Below the pieces are notes generated by a model that was not told the origin of the DNA, did no database searches, and saw only the letters and a program-made list of their open reading frames with translations. DNA of 64,000 nt, from the NCBI RefSeq assembly GCF_001194135.2, contig NC_068988.1:96857819-96921818 (forward strand). Direction: 5' to 3'. Below are positions 1 through 12,882 of this stretch, one piece after another (position 1 is the stretch's first letter; each line of letters begins with the position of its first letter). The DNA is from Octopus bimaculoides (Eukaryota). A program made the translations under genes and the position numbers.

Positions 1-388
1 AGTAATTCTCCTGAACTCTATGAGTTCTTCTAGGCTGGAGAGATTGCTGCCGTTTAATGTTCAGCTTGGACATTTGTCCATCCAATGTTTTCAAAAAACT
101 ACTCTCTCGCTTATTTTATCTGTATGTCTCTCTTTCTCACACACTCTCTCTCTCCTCTCCCTCTCCCCCCTCTCTCTCTCTCTTGTGTACTTTCAGTGTA
201 GATAGATGAGGAGAATTTTGGCGCATGTATGAGATTGTGTGTCTGCGTATGCAGGTTGATACGCATATACGTAGGCATATTTCAACATGCATGCACACAC
301 ACACACACACACATCGTACACATTCACACACATTACACATCAATAATACACTTCTACAAGCTACCATTTTTCTTCTATTTTTTCCCAG

Positions 389-572
389 GATGTTGTACAA
401 ATCGGCAATAATTTAATGTCCGAAGATCAGGCGAAAGCCTTTGACAACATGACCAAACACGAAGTGGTGGAATCGGCCTCAAATCTGATGAGTTCTGTGG
501 ATTCTGCGACTATGAAACTAGTAAATGCCATCGACGAACCGCGACTAATAGTTAAAAAGACAAAGAACATCG
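389..572 (+). CDS. adhesion GPCR exon (GAIN A region, DVVQIGNNL...KKTKNI)
   Basis: ttttcccag acceptor, open frame, G/gtatac donor; phase fits next exon. Confidence 0.8.
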
Positions 573-2392
573 GTATACATGTGTTTTTATTTTTAAGTCT
601 ATCTCTAGAGATTTTCTACAAAATTTAGAGCCAGCATTGAAAGTTACGATACTTTTGATACGAATAAGTCCATGTAAACAACGCACTGTTAACACAAAAA
701 GTAGGACACAATATTGACTTGTAAACCTTTAATATACTTAACATAAGGCGGCGAGCTGGCAGAATCGTTAGCGCGCCGGGCGAAATGCTTAGCGGTATTT
801 CGTTTGCCGTTACGTTCTGAGTTCAAATTCCGCCAAGGTCGACTTTGCCTTTCATCCTTTCGGGGTCGATAAATTAAGTACCAATTACGCACTGGGGTCG
901 ATGAAATAAGTACCAGTTACTCACTGGGGTCGATGTAATTGACCTAATCCCTTTGTCTGTCCTTGTTTGTCCCCTCTATGTTTAGCCCCTTGTGGGCAAT
1001 AAAGAAATAAGAAACGTTAGCACACCGGGTGAAATGCTCGTCTGTCTTTACGTTCTCAGTTTAAATACCATCGAGGTTGATTTTGCCTTTCATCCTTCCG
1101 GGGTCGATAAATTAAGTATCAGTTGCGTATTGGGGTCGATCTAATCGACTGGCACCCTCTCGCAAAATTTCGGGCCTTGTGCCTTGTATTGAAAATGATA
1201 TACCTAGCAGTACAATATGGTTTCAAAACGAAACGCGCTAGCCCTACCAGCAAATTATATGTATTTTTGTATTGATTTTTGAATCTACTTTGATATATTA
1301 TCGATAAAGTTGGCGGTGGAGATTCCAATATTCGTAGAAGGTTAGACAAATTGGCTTTGGTTGGCATCCTTTAGAAGTCAGTTAAATATTTACATGAAAC
1401 CTCGTTTATCACTGATCTTATTCATCACTGGTCTCGAATAACACGGTACACTCACTTGTGAACCGTGTTACGTTCAGCACGGGTTGATGTGTGATAACAC
1501 GGGTTGGCACTCAGTCGAGATTCTGTTTGTACCTCAAAACATGCCACAACAATCACCCAAAATGCTCAGCTACCCAGAATGCAGTGACGATCACTTGTAT
1601 CGAAATGACCGCGCGACGAAGCTGTGAATTTTTTATACGGATTTACGGTCTCATCAACATGGAACCAGTGAAAAGAAAAGAAAGAAATACGAAGGCACCT
1701 GATCCTAACAAATGATGCAAACGCCTGTATTTTCAAAAGAGGAAACGGTTGAGATGATCAAGAAAATACATGACAGTTGAAACGAGTTTGGGGTCAATGA
1801 CTCTACCATTCGTTTTACTTACCAGGCATGCAGAGATCAGTCATTTGTCATTGATTGGTTTGTCACTGTGTTATATTTTAACTAAACCGCCGTGGTAAAT
1901 GAGGAGAGATGTACCAGTCATGTACTTGAGTCACTTTAACTGGCCATGTCCTCTCTCTTGAATTTTGGTTTTGTTTGTTGGTAGAAACCTTTAAAAAATT
2001 TAAATCATTTCGATCAAATTCAGTGGCAAGATGCTGCAAAGGAAAAATAAATAGTTACATCGAGGGGAGAATGATGGGATGAAAATGTATGTTGGAAGGG
2101 CAAACGTATAAAATGGAAGTTGACCACTAATATTTTGTAAGTCTGTCGTGACCCTTATAAAATATCTAACATGTCCCTTATACCATCTTTCGTTCTTATT
2201 TCTTTTTTCAGAGGCTCAGCTGCAAGTATTAAATGTCGACAAATTAGAAGAACCGGAAATATCGTTTCAATCTGAAGGCAATTCTTTCGCTCTTCCTTCT
2301 GAAAATCTGCGATCCATTAGCAAAGGTAGGACCAATTCCATTTAGAAATGATACTTAGACAAAGGCATACATGCATGCATACGTACAAAACT

Positions 2393-2431
<39 letters not shown>

Positions 2432-3018
2432 CACATATACACACAGATACCCTCATACACACTATGTGTAGACATGCATGATGGACTCTTGTCTCGTCGA
2501 CGGATAAGGGTTTCGCATTTCAGAGTTGACCAAAAATGACCCTCACCCTCTGGCCGCCTGTGTACAGAGTCAAGTTTGAAATCTTATCATAGCATCCCCT
2601 ATCTGTCCCGTCGCCTTTTTTCCCTATCACCACCGGACTTATGAAGGAGCTGTGATGATGTTGGTGTTGGGGCTGGTGTCTTGAACAACCTGCACAGTGA
2701 ATATTTTTAGAGCGAGGATGGTTTGTGCAGAGCCAGTCCCATTTTAACTTGTATTGGTCTGATGCAACGAGTGTCACGAGGTCAGTTGTTACCAGGAGGC
2801 AGAAGTTGTAAATGAGCAGCCAAAAGAGCTGAAGATCCTCACCTGCCCTGGGCCTGATGATAATTAACCCCTAACTGGGATCCTAACAGGTGTTACTACT
2901 CCGGATCAGAGCAAGAACAAAAGTGGCTAAGTGGAGACTGCACACACCGAATCAGGGTCCAGATACTAGATGCAGTTTAAAGTCATACCCAGGTCAAACT
3001 GACATCTGTCTTATATAA

Positions 3019-3070
<52 letters not shown>

Positions 3071-4094
3071 TATATATATATACTTGGGTGCAGGACGTCA
3101 CCAACGGTGCAAACAGCATGAAATACGTAAACAAACGAGTTAAATATATAAGCAACGAGAAAAAAATGGAAAACAGGACAAGTAAACACAGAGAAAGGAC
3201 TCTTCCTCGGTTGTTGGTTGGTCTGTCTACTCCTCAGTATGTATTTGTGTGTCTGTGTTTGTACCCCATCCCTACCATCGCTCGACAACTGATGTTGGTG
3301 TGTTTACGCCCCCGTAACATAGCGGTTCGGCAATAGGTACCAATAGAATAAATACTAGGCTTACAAAGAATAACTCCTAGGGTTGATGATTTGTTCGACT
3401 AAAGGCGGTGCTCCAGCATGGAATGATACAAGTAAGAGAACTAAAAGAATCTGCACATAAAATGAGTTTGCTTTTTGTTTTTGTCGCAGATGGCTTGGCT
3501 AAAGTTGTGTTTGTGACTTACAACAGTTTACCGGATCTTATGCCAACGATAAAGACGGGTACACCGGACGTTCAAAAGGATGTTAAAATCTACAGCAAGA
3601 TCATTAGCGCATCTGTTGCTAATTATCATGGAGAGGTGCTCCGAGAACCTGTGGAGTTTTCTATGGAACACACTAAGGTACGCACAACTTCTCTCTTCGT
3701 TTTTCTCTTTCCTCTTCTGTCTCCTCTCATTCACCTCTCCTACATCTTCTCCTTTGTTGCTTCCCTTTTCTCTCTTTCTTTTTCCTTCCTCCATTCTCTC
3801 TCTTGCACACACACACACACACACACACACGTATTATGTCTATATGTGTGATATATGAGCGCACACAGACACACACATGTACAGATGCACCCCTCTATAC
3901 CTATGCATACAGACGTGGCCGCACGTACTTGTGCGTCTGCTATATATATACACACAGTGTTTGTGAAGTATCTATATACACAGCATACACACACACACAC
4001 ATCTGTATGTAAATACATATATGTATACGGACGTATATATATAAGTGTTTCTCTTCCCTTGTCTTGTGTATGTATGAGAGAGAGAGAGAGAGAG

Positions 4095-4177
<83 letters not shown>

Positions 4178-4604
4178 GCAGAAGCACCCTAGATGAACAA
4201 AGATGGACTGCTTCCATCATGTGTTTCTTTGTCCCTCACACGTCCGTCTCAATGTCCGTGGACGAATCAAATGTTCTCATGGTTTTCTTTCTGTTTTTTT
4301 TTCTCCTTAGCCTTTACTAACCCATGTGAAACCGCGTTGCTCTTTCTGGAACATGACAGCCAAGTAAGTGACTCATTGTATAGGTATGTGTGAGTGAGTG
4401 AGTGAGTGAGTGAGTGAGTGAGTGAGTGAGTGAGTGAGTGAGTGAGTGAGTGTGTGTGTGTGTGTGAGTGAGTGTGTTAATGTGAGTTATTTGCTTTTGC
4501 TCTTTAAGTCCCTGACTTTTTGTGAAATATTGCCTAGATATTTGATAACATGACCAACATAACGAAAGTTCTTGTAGGGTTTCCAACCAATTGTCTATAA
4601 ATAC

Positions 4605-4650
<46 letters not shown>

Positions 4651-4824
4651 CGGATTGTTACCTAACACTCCATTGTATTCCTTGCGCGAAACCAATTGTT
4701 AAGATCAACCATGTTGGATATTTAAAATTATATATTTCGGATAATATACCCACTTCACTGACAGATATACGAGTACATCTTTTCCCTAACTTATGGTCCC
4801 TTAGAAGACTCACGCGCGCGTGTA

Positions 4825-4858
<34 letters not shown>

Positions 4859-4908
4859 GTAATTCTATTATTAATTGACGATTCCCTGCCCTTATTCTTG
4901 TATATTCT

Positions 4909-4952
<44 letters not shown>

Positions 4953-6067
4953 ATATGCACTGTATATATATATTGTCTTATTCTTTTGTAGCACACGACC
5001 ATATTGGTCTCAAAGGGGATGCAAAATGATAAACTCAAATATTTACCAAACAAAATGTCGCTGCAATCATTTGACAAATTTTGCCATTCTCATGGACGTC
5101 GAAGGTATCGAGGTAATGTTCCGTAAATATATACTTACAGGTGTGTGTGCGCGCGCATGTGCATGTGGTCTGGCTGAATGGCTAAGCAGTTAATTTCACA
5201 ACTACAAGGGGTTATCGGGTCCAACCCAGCAAACCTTGGGAGGGTCATTATGCCGGCAATAATAAACACACGCACTGGTCCAGTCGTTTATTGTTATTGT
5301 TAGTTAAAGGGTTAGTTATTCCACCAAGAAATTTATCAATCAGCCATTTTTTACTAGTTTTTCTAAATCGTTTGTTAAACACTTTGGGTCAAACAGTTAA
5401 TCGATAGTTCAAATGGTCGATATTGTTCATGTTGTCATTTCTTTCTTCTTCTTGTTTTGTCAAATGATTATTTCATTGCATTGCTGCACTCTCTCCAGTG
5501 ACACGTCTCTCGCTTCTTCCATTTCTTATTATCTTAAAAAGAAATATCACTGAAGAGATTGCAGCAATGCAATAAAATAATTATTTGACAAAAAAAGAAA
5601 AATAGAAATAACAACACAAACAATACTGAACACTAACAAAAATAATAATAAAGGGCCGAACCAGTGCGTGTGTTCATTATTACTGGCACAATGTCCCTCC
5701 CGAGGTTTAATAGTATTTCCTTCAACACAAACCAAATACAAACACGAACTTTGATAAACGTGAATGAAATAAACTAGAAAACTGTCATCAGGTCAGAAAT
5801 CAATTCTGATTTCCTTATTTTCATTGGTTCTTTCTGTTTCTTTCTCGTCCAATCAGATTTCTTACACCCATCAGAACGCTCTCCGTATCATAACTTACGT
5901 TGGTTGTTCAATATCGATGATTGGTCTTTTCCTCAGTTGGATCACGTTCAACGTAGTCACGTGAGTAGAATTTAGTGCTTTCCTTCTTCCTTTTCTTCCC
6001 TTCCTTCTTTCCTTCCTTCCTTCCTTCTTTTTTCCTCTCGTTCTTTCGTTCTTTGCTTGTGTGCGTA

Positions 6068-6113
<46 letters not shown>

Positions 6114-7514
6114 TGTGGATATGCATGTACAGTATGTACAAGTGACTGCATATGTATGTGTGTCTGAGTGAATGTTAGTGTGTGAGAGTGCACGTTTGTG
6201 TGTGTAAGTGTGTTTGCGTGTGTATGTGTACATACATACATACATACATACATGCACGCACACATACATACATACATACATATATACTCTTACACACACA
6301 GACACAGATAAATAGTAAATGATTGATGGTTTCTTTTTTTTTTCCAGTGCTATACGAGGGGAACGTAACTCCATACACAAAAATTTTGTCTTTTGTCTCT
6401 TTGTTGCTCAACTTCTTTTCATGATTGGTGTTGACAGAACCAAGAATAAGGTAGAATGGGAATTTTGGTTGCTTTTCTTCCTCTATTTTTATATTTTTTA
6501 TTTATTCTTTTGTTGTTATTTTAAAATAAGACATTGATATCGTTTGCGAATTGTAGATCCCTATCTACTGGTCCATAGATTAATTACGATTGATTACTGC
6601 AATTAATAGACACAACTGCCTCTAATTTTTCCTTTTGCTCCAGTCCACTTAGTTGGCAGAAATGAGTTGTTGCTGTTATTCAAACGGGGCAGCTTTGTCA
6701 CATTCTATGTCATGCTGTATCTCCCTGAGAACTACATTAAGGGCACGCGTGTCTCTGGAATACTCAGCCATTTGCGAGTTAATTTCACAAGCAGGATGTT
6801 CTGCTGATCTGATCGACCGGAGTACACATCGTCGCGACCGACGGAGTACCAGTTTCTCGAGACATCACAAAATATACCCTGTGTTCTAGCTGCCTCCACG
6901 TTACATATTTACGTGTGTAAAAACGAACCAAGAAATCTTAACAAATGTATTCCGAAACGGAAAAAGTGAGATTTACTTGAGTTAGCTGTATCTTTCAGAA
7001 AGTACACCTATCTTGTCGGTTTAAGAAAAGTTATTCAGTTAATAATTTATTAGTTGGATCCACTAAACTGGTAAATCCAATTTGCATATATAATGCTATG
7101 TTGGTAACTTAGTCAATTAATGAAATTTGAAAGAACTTCACTGAGGTTTGGCATAATCGATACGGAATAGTGGAAAAAATTATGTCATGCTTTGACCTAC
7201 AATGTCTTTTAATCATAGATCTTCTCTTCAAAGTTAACATGAATCTGAACACCTGTCTTTATACCTGCTAAAGACTCCTGATTGTCTTCACTCTCTCCCT
7301 CTCACTCTTACTCTCTCTCTCTCTCTCTCTTTATTCCATTCTATACACAGATGGTGTGTTCAGTGTTTGCTGGGCTGATGCATTACTTCTTCTTGGCTGC
7401 ATTCTCTTGGATGTTGATGGAAGCTGCCAAAATCCTCATCATGATTGTCCAGGTGTTCAAAACCGCTAAATCGAAGATGATTTATTACTATATATTTGGA
7501 TATGGTGAGTAATG

Positions 7515-7550
<36 letters not shown>

Positions 7551-9655
7551 TATACACTAACACATACACATACACAGTTACTCATACATACATAGTCTAC
7601 ATACACACATACATGTACACTTCACATCAACTTCCCACACGTAAGCACAATGTCACACATCTTTCTATCCCTCCTTTCTTCTTTCCTTTCTTTCTCCTTG
7701 CCCGCTCTCTCTCTATATATATATGTGTGTGTGTGTGTGTTCTGGTGGCATTTCTTAAACTGTCACATATATGTGTGTGTGTACATATATGAAGATATAT
7801 ATATACATACACGCTCATTAATTACACACATACACGGAAAAATATGCACACATACATATGCATATGTATGTGTAAAACAAAGACAAGAAAAGAAAAACTA
7901 CACATACACACACATGTATGCATACACACACACACATACACACACATGACTGTGAACGGTAAACTATAAAGGTAGATGTAACATTTTTGTTAATTCTATT
8001 TTAGGATTCCCCACCCTGGTTGTCAGTATTTCAGCCATCGTCAACTTGGATGGCTACGGAACAGACAGACAGTAAGTTCGAAGTATCGTTTCTTATTTTA
8101 TTTACAGAGTTCTTTTGATAAGATCCTCTTATGCTTACTGCTCTTCAGGGATATAAACTTTGAATTTTGTATAATTTATCGAATGGTAGTTTTTTTAAAA
8201 ATATGAAGTAATATGATAAAAAGGTGTTTGTTTGAAATATAGATTAAAATTTATTGCTTTTGATTTTGGTAAGTAGACTTTAGAACGAGACTCTTGAAAT
8301 TCAAATATGCCTCTTTGGTAATTCTTCTGTAGTTAGTAATCCATAATAATTATGTATAAAATCCATTACATTGTCCTGTATTCCAAATAGAGTTCATAGA
8401 CTTAAATAATATATTATATGTATATATATAAAGTATGTATGTATGTATGTATGTATGTATGCATATGGGATATTCGTCTATTCAAGCGAAATACAAGAAT
8501 TAATACATTTGTTTCTTCTTTCGCAGTTGTTGGCTTTCCACAGAAAACTATTTTGTTTGGGCTTTCAACGGACCCGTGGCCTTTGTCTTGCTGGTGAGTT
8601 TTCTAACCTCCTATTTTTAGCCAGGGAGGAAAAGTCGGCACCCGTGACCCTTTTTTTTTAACCTAACACTTATCATTTTATCGGTAAACTCCATCTTTGA
8701 ACCCCAACCCACTTAAACAAGCAAACAGTGCGGCCTCGGCTAAGAATCATAACCCCACCGTCTTAACAAAAGGGGAAAGATTGCAACGGTCAGTGCAATC
8801 CTAGCTATATAAAAAGATGGAATGGTCATGACGAGAGCGCTTCTGATCACAGGTCTGCTGAATCAAAGCTACCTTTGCATTAAACAACATCGAATGAAAC
8901 TCTTTTCGCCATATTACCTATGCTACATCATTTTAAATTAATGGACTATGTATCAGTCTTTTGTTTTACTCTGATGACATGCTGGTTCAGAATGTAAACC
9001 GTTCTCAGAAACGATGGTCAGAGTTTCAAGAGACCTTAGTGACTTGTCCAAGATAATAACAACGTTCTGAATTAAGCAACTACGATTCACGTAAGGAACT
9101 TGTCTGCACACTTTTGAAGGAAGTTTATGAAAGTGAACAGAACAGATAATTGGTAAGACTGTTACTGTTAGACAGAATGCCATGCTGTATGCGCGCGTGC
9201 AGAGGGTGCATGTGTGTTGTGTAAATATTATCAGACTCTCAGATGTAATCTACTGTTTTGTCTCTCAATTGTTTACTCTTCTACATTTAGGTGAATGCCA
9301 TAATCCTGACCTATGCACTGATCACTATTTACCAACATTCTGGCTACGTCATTCCTGACGACATGGTAGGAACAATCGGGTATGTATAAATATATATATA
9401 TATAAATAAATATACATATAGTTCATGTTCTATATCTACCGTAAATCCGTTTTATATTCTGTCTCTTGAAGACGGAATGAGACTACTGGGCACAGCTGTT
9501 TGGACGCTGACGTCTTGACACGGTGTGGCTAGACATTCAACCTGTTTGGCGATGATACTTTTTGGCGCTGGAGCCTAACATACACACTATTTTCCTCTCT
9601 CTCTCTCTCTCTCCCTCACAACACACGCGCGCGCGCGCATCCTGCGCACAGAAAT

Positions 9656-9696
<41 letters not shown>

Positions 9697-10882
9697 TTGG
9701 GAAAACAAATTTCCAAATCAATCAGGCGTAACCCTACAGCGTTATATGCATCTACATATCGTACTTTTGGGTCTTATTTATCGCATAAGTCAGCGTCGAA
9801 TCAGCGACACCAAAGAAACGGCGCCAAAATTTGAAACCACTGTTCTCAGCTCGATGTACTCTAAGGTCAACTTGCACTTCAAACTCCTGGGTTCGATAAA
9901 GCAAATAACAATTGATGATTAAGTTTATATAATACTCCCATCTTAAATATGTGACATGACTCTAAGACAGATTATTATTATCATTTCTATGATGGATGGT
10001 CGAAACGGTAGAGCTTGGACAATATGTCTTGCCGCATTTAATTCATTGCCTTTGCATTGTGTGTTCAAATCCTTTTGAAGTCAACGTCGTCTTCAATCTC
10101 TCCGGCTTCGCTAAAGTTTAGTTCCAGTCAAGTACTAGAATCGGTAATATCAAATATCTTCTTCTCCTCAAAGAGGCCCTGAACCTAAATTAGAAACGGT
10201 TATTGTTGGCGTTGTTGTTGTTATCGTCGCCGCTTTCTGGCATTCAGAACTATTGACTATTAATGTTATTTCTTAAAAAGAATGATTCATGTATTTGCTT
10301 TGCCTCTCTTCTTCAGCGCTTGGGTTAAAGGTGCCCTCTCCCTCGAAGTTATCCTTGGTCTGACGTGGGTCTTTGGATTCTTCTACATGAACGAAGCTAC
10401 TCTCGTCGTTGCGTACATCTTCACCATTTTAAACAGTCTACAAGGATACTTCATATACTGCTTCCACTGTCTTGGCAATAAGCAGGTTGGTATCGAGACG
10501 AATGTTTTCTCGGATTCTTATATATATATATATATATATATNNNNNNNNNNNNNNNNNNNNNNNNNNNNNNNNNNNNNNNNNNNNNNNNNNNNNNNNNNN
10601 NNNNNNNNNNNNNNNNNNNNNNNNNNNNNNNNNNNNNNNNNNNNNNNNNNNNNNNNNNNNNNNNNNNNNNNNNNNNNNNNNNNNNNNNNNNNNNNNNNNN
10701 NNNNNNNNNNNNNNNNNNNNNNNTATATATATGTATGTATATATTCTTGCGAATATTATTGATAATTTTATGAATTTATTAATAATATAAAAACACATAT
10801 ATATATATTTATTTGCTCAAAATAATAGAGCACTTAATATAAGTTCAGTTACATATTCTTTTAGAATATTCCTTATAAAAGT

Positions 10883-10916
<34 letters not shown>

Positions 10917-11241
10917 TATAGTTTAATTAGAGCTTGTTATTAACAGTAACTGACATTATACAGAAGGAAAATGTAGTGCTCGTTGTGAGCCATATATATA
11001 TATATATGTATATATATAATATAATCATAATATAATATATATATTTATATAATACAATATAATATAATATATATATTTACATCACCTTATATTTTTTCAG
11101 GTATGGAAAGAATACAAACGGTTTCTAAAGGTGAAAGAAAAGTCGACTTCTGGCACAAGTACCAAAACTGCTTCAGTTACGAGAAAACCGACAGATGCAG
11201 CAAACTACGAAATGGCGGCTCCGAACCACAACAAACAGTAA
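389..11241 (+). CDS. Latrophilin-like adhesion GPCR (GAIN/GPS + 7TM), 5'-partial, 13 exons in window
   Basis: Exons 389-572, 2212-2325, 3490-3677, 4311-4363, 4992-5112, 5857-5960, 6348-6450, 7351-7504, 8005-8071, 8527-8593, 9291-9379, 10317-10485, 11101-11241 join in frame with AG/GT ends. GPS motif CSFW..W...[15 protein letters not shown]; TM motifs [44 protein letters not shown]; stop TAA 11239-11241. Confidence 0.93.
747..1010 (+). mobile_element. tRNA-derived SINE family A (CORE-like central domain), full length, tail type 1
   Basis: A box TGGCAGAATCG, B box GAGTTCAAATTCC, core ctttcatcctttcggggtcgataaattaagtacc; many copies in window. Confidence 0.85.
1011..1197 (+). mobile_element. SINE family A, second tandem copy, tail type 2
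   Basis: Same head/core, ends ctggcaccctctcgcaaaatttcgggcc. Confidence 0.8.
2212..2325 (+). CDS. adhesion GPCR exon (GAIN)
   Basis: ttttttcag acceptor; [37 protein letters not shown]; gtagg donor. Confidence 0.85.
2619..2946. repeat. Unclassified interspersed repeat, copy 1 (221-bp near-identical core 2674-2894)
   Basis: Core matches 46591-46811 with 2 mismatches counted by eye. Confidence 0.9.
3018..3069. repeat. (AAT)n microsatellite
   Basis: Direct reading. Confidence 0.97.
3490..3677 (+). CDS. adhesion GPCR exon (GAIN B)
   Basis: [10 protein letters not shown]...SKIISASV...[13 protein letters not shown]; cag/gtacgc. Confidence 0.9.
4077..4174. repeat. (GA)n microsatellite
   Basis: Direct reading. 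Confidence 0.97.
4311..4363 (+). CDS. adhesion GPCR exon (GPS start, CSFW)
   Basis: [17 protein letters not shown]; ttag/gtaagt. Confidence 0.9.
4391..4452. repeat. (GAGT)n microsatellite
   Basis: Direct reading. Confidence 0.97.
4992..5112 (+). CDS. adhesion GPCR exon (GPS cleavage site HL/T and Stachel TNFAILM)
   Basis: YWSQRGC...[20 protein letters not shown]; gtag/gtaatg. Confidence 0.95.
5857..5960 (+). CDS. adhesion GPCR exon (TM1)
   Basis: [34 protein letters not shown]; cag/gtgagt. Confidence 0.93.
6348..6450 (+). CDS. adhesion GPCR exon (TM2)
   Basis: [34 protein letters not shown]; cag/gtagaa. Confidence 0.93.
7351..7504 (+). CDS. adhesion GPCR exon (TM3-TM4)
   Basis: [24 protein letters not shown]...YYIFGY; cag/gtgagt. 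Confidence 0.93.
8005..8071 (+). CDS. adhesion GPCR exon (TM4-ECL2)
   Basis: [21 protein letters not shown]; ttag/gtaagt. Confidence 0.92.
8527..8593 (+). CDS. adhesion GPCR exon (ECL2-TM5)
   Basis: [22 protein letters not shown]; cag/gtgagt. Confidence 0.93.
9291..9379 (+). CDS. adhesion GPCR exon (TM5-ICL3)
   Basis: [29 protein letters not shown]; ttag/gtatgt. Confidence 0.9.
9657..9693. repeat. (ATAG)n microsatellite
   Basis: Direct reading. Confidence 0.95.
10317..10485 (+). CDS. adhesion GPCR exon (TM6-TM7)
   Basis: [20 protein letters not shown]...[19 protein letters not shown]; cag/gttggt. Confidence 0.93.
10542..10723. other. Assembly gap (N run)
   Basis: Ns flanked by (TA)n. Confidence 0.99.
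11101..11241 (+). CDS. adhesion GPCR last coding exon (helix 8 and short tail)
   Basis: ttttttcag acceptor; VWKEYKRFL...NHNKQ then TAA. Confidence 0.9.
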   Translation, partial: VWKEYKRFLKVKEKSTSGTSTKTASVTRKPTDAANYEMAAPNHNKQ

Positions 11242-11829
11242 CATTTATCTTCGGGCGCTAGATTTTCTACACATGAACATATGCATATATGTGTATATAA
11301 TTATATACATACAATTACATAAGCACACACAATTATATATATGCACATGTATATATATGTGTGCTATATAAACATTATGATATATAATTTATGCATATGT
11401 ATATAATATATATATGTGTGTGTGGTTTTAATTTGGGAGTCATTTGAAGGCTCTCAAAGAACACAGAATGGACAGACAGAAGTAATTTAAAACAACTCAA
11501 AGAAATATCCCATCTAAAACTGACAAAAATTTACCTTTTTCATTAAAAAAAAAATTTCTTTTCATTTTTTTCATTTTTTTTTTTTAGTCTTTATTTTCAT
11601 TTTTTTTTTTTCTGAGAATTGGATCGTACATATTGCAAAGAGATAGAAAGCTCTTTTGTTGCAGAAATTCAGAATCAAAATAAGCAAAGGAATGCTTGAC
11701 AAGCAACAAAATACCCACAAAATATAATCATAATATTATTATTATATAATGATTTCTAACGAAAATTGAAAGGAAAAAAAAAATATTCCAAACACATAAA
11801 AGTAATTTTTTAAAAGAAAAACTTTATTA

Positions 11830-12498
11830 NNNNNNNNNNNNNNNNNNNNNNNNNNNNNNNNNNNNNNNNNNNNNNNNNNNNNNNNNNNNNNNNNNNNNNN
11901 NNNNNNNNNNNNNNNNNNNNNNNNNNNNNNNNNNNNNNNNNNNNNNNNNNNNNNNNNNNNNNNNNNNNNNNNNNNNNNNNNNNNNNNNNNNNNNNNNNNN
12001 NNNNNNNNNNNNNNNNNNNNNNNNNNNNNNNNNNNNNNNNNNNNNNNNNNNNNNNNNNNNNNNNNNNNNNNNNNNNNNNNNNNNNNNNNNNNNNNNNNNN
12101 NNNNNNNNNNNNNNNNNNNNNNNNNNNNNNNNNNNNNNNNNNNNNNNNNNNNNNNNNNNNNNNNNNNNNNNNNNNNNNNNNNNNNNNNNNNNNNNNNNNN
12201 NNNNNNNNNNNNNNNNNNNNNNNNNNNNNNNNNNNNNNNNNNNNNNNNNNNNNNNNNNNNNNNNNNNNNNNNNNNNNNNNNNNNNNNNNNNNNNNNNNNN
12301 NNNNNNNNNNNNNNNNNNNNNNNNNNNNNNNNNNNNNNNNNNNNNNNNNNNNNNNNNNNNNNNNNNNNNNNNNNNNNNNNNNNNNNNNNNNNNNNNNNNN
12401 NNNNNNNNNNNNNNNNNNNNNNNNNNNNNNNNNNNNNNNNNNNNNNNNNNNNNNNNNNNNNNNNNNNNNNNNNNNNNNNNNNNNNNNNNNNNNNNNNN
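11830..12498. other. Assembly gap (N run)
   Basis: Ns. Confidence 0.99.
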
Positions 12499-12533
<35 letters not shown>

Positions 12534-12882
12534 GCTTATTAGCGCAAGCAAGCAATCGCGTTTGCTGTTACCACTATTATTATTATTATTGGTACTACTA
12601 GTACTACGTCTACTACCACTTACTCCTCCTACCGCCACCAGTATCATTACCGCCTCCACTGGACATTCACCTGCATCTTGTTACCTTTAATTTAGTCATT
12701 AGTTAGAGGATGGAACCTTGAAATTTATTCCAGGTTTGTTGAATTTAAAAGATTTTTTTTTTCACTCCTGTTTTATGTTCTATGCTATTGCTTGGAAATA
12801 TATATTAGCGTTTGCATGTTAAGATTCCAGGTTTGTTACCTAGGTGTGTGTGTGTGCGTGTCTGTGCGTGCATATGTGAACG

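Noticed and set aside
573-580. Minor (U12-type) intron donor at gtatacat
   Set aside because: It does not match RTATCCTT; all introns reconstructed look like U2-type GT-AG.
416-628. ATG at 416 as the start of the GPCR
   Set aside because: The frame is open upstream to a good acceptor at 388, there is no signal peptide, and the sequence is mid-GAIN; it is an internal exon.
747-835. tRNA gene
   Set aside because: It has A and B boxes but no complete cloverleaf and continues into a multi-copy SINE body; same for family C heads.
11742-12659. Long ORFs in the track spanning N runs (also 10282-10798, 21811-22320, 49225-49696)
   Set aside because: Length is an artefact of assembly gaps; only 10317-10485 is a real exon.
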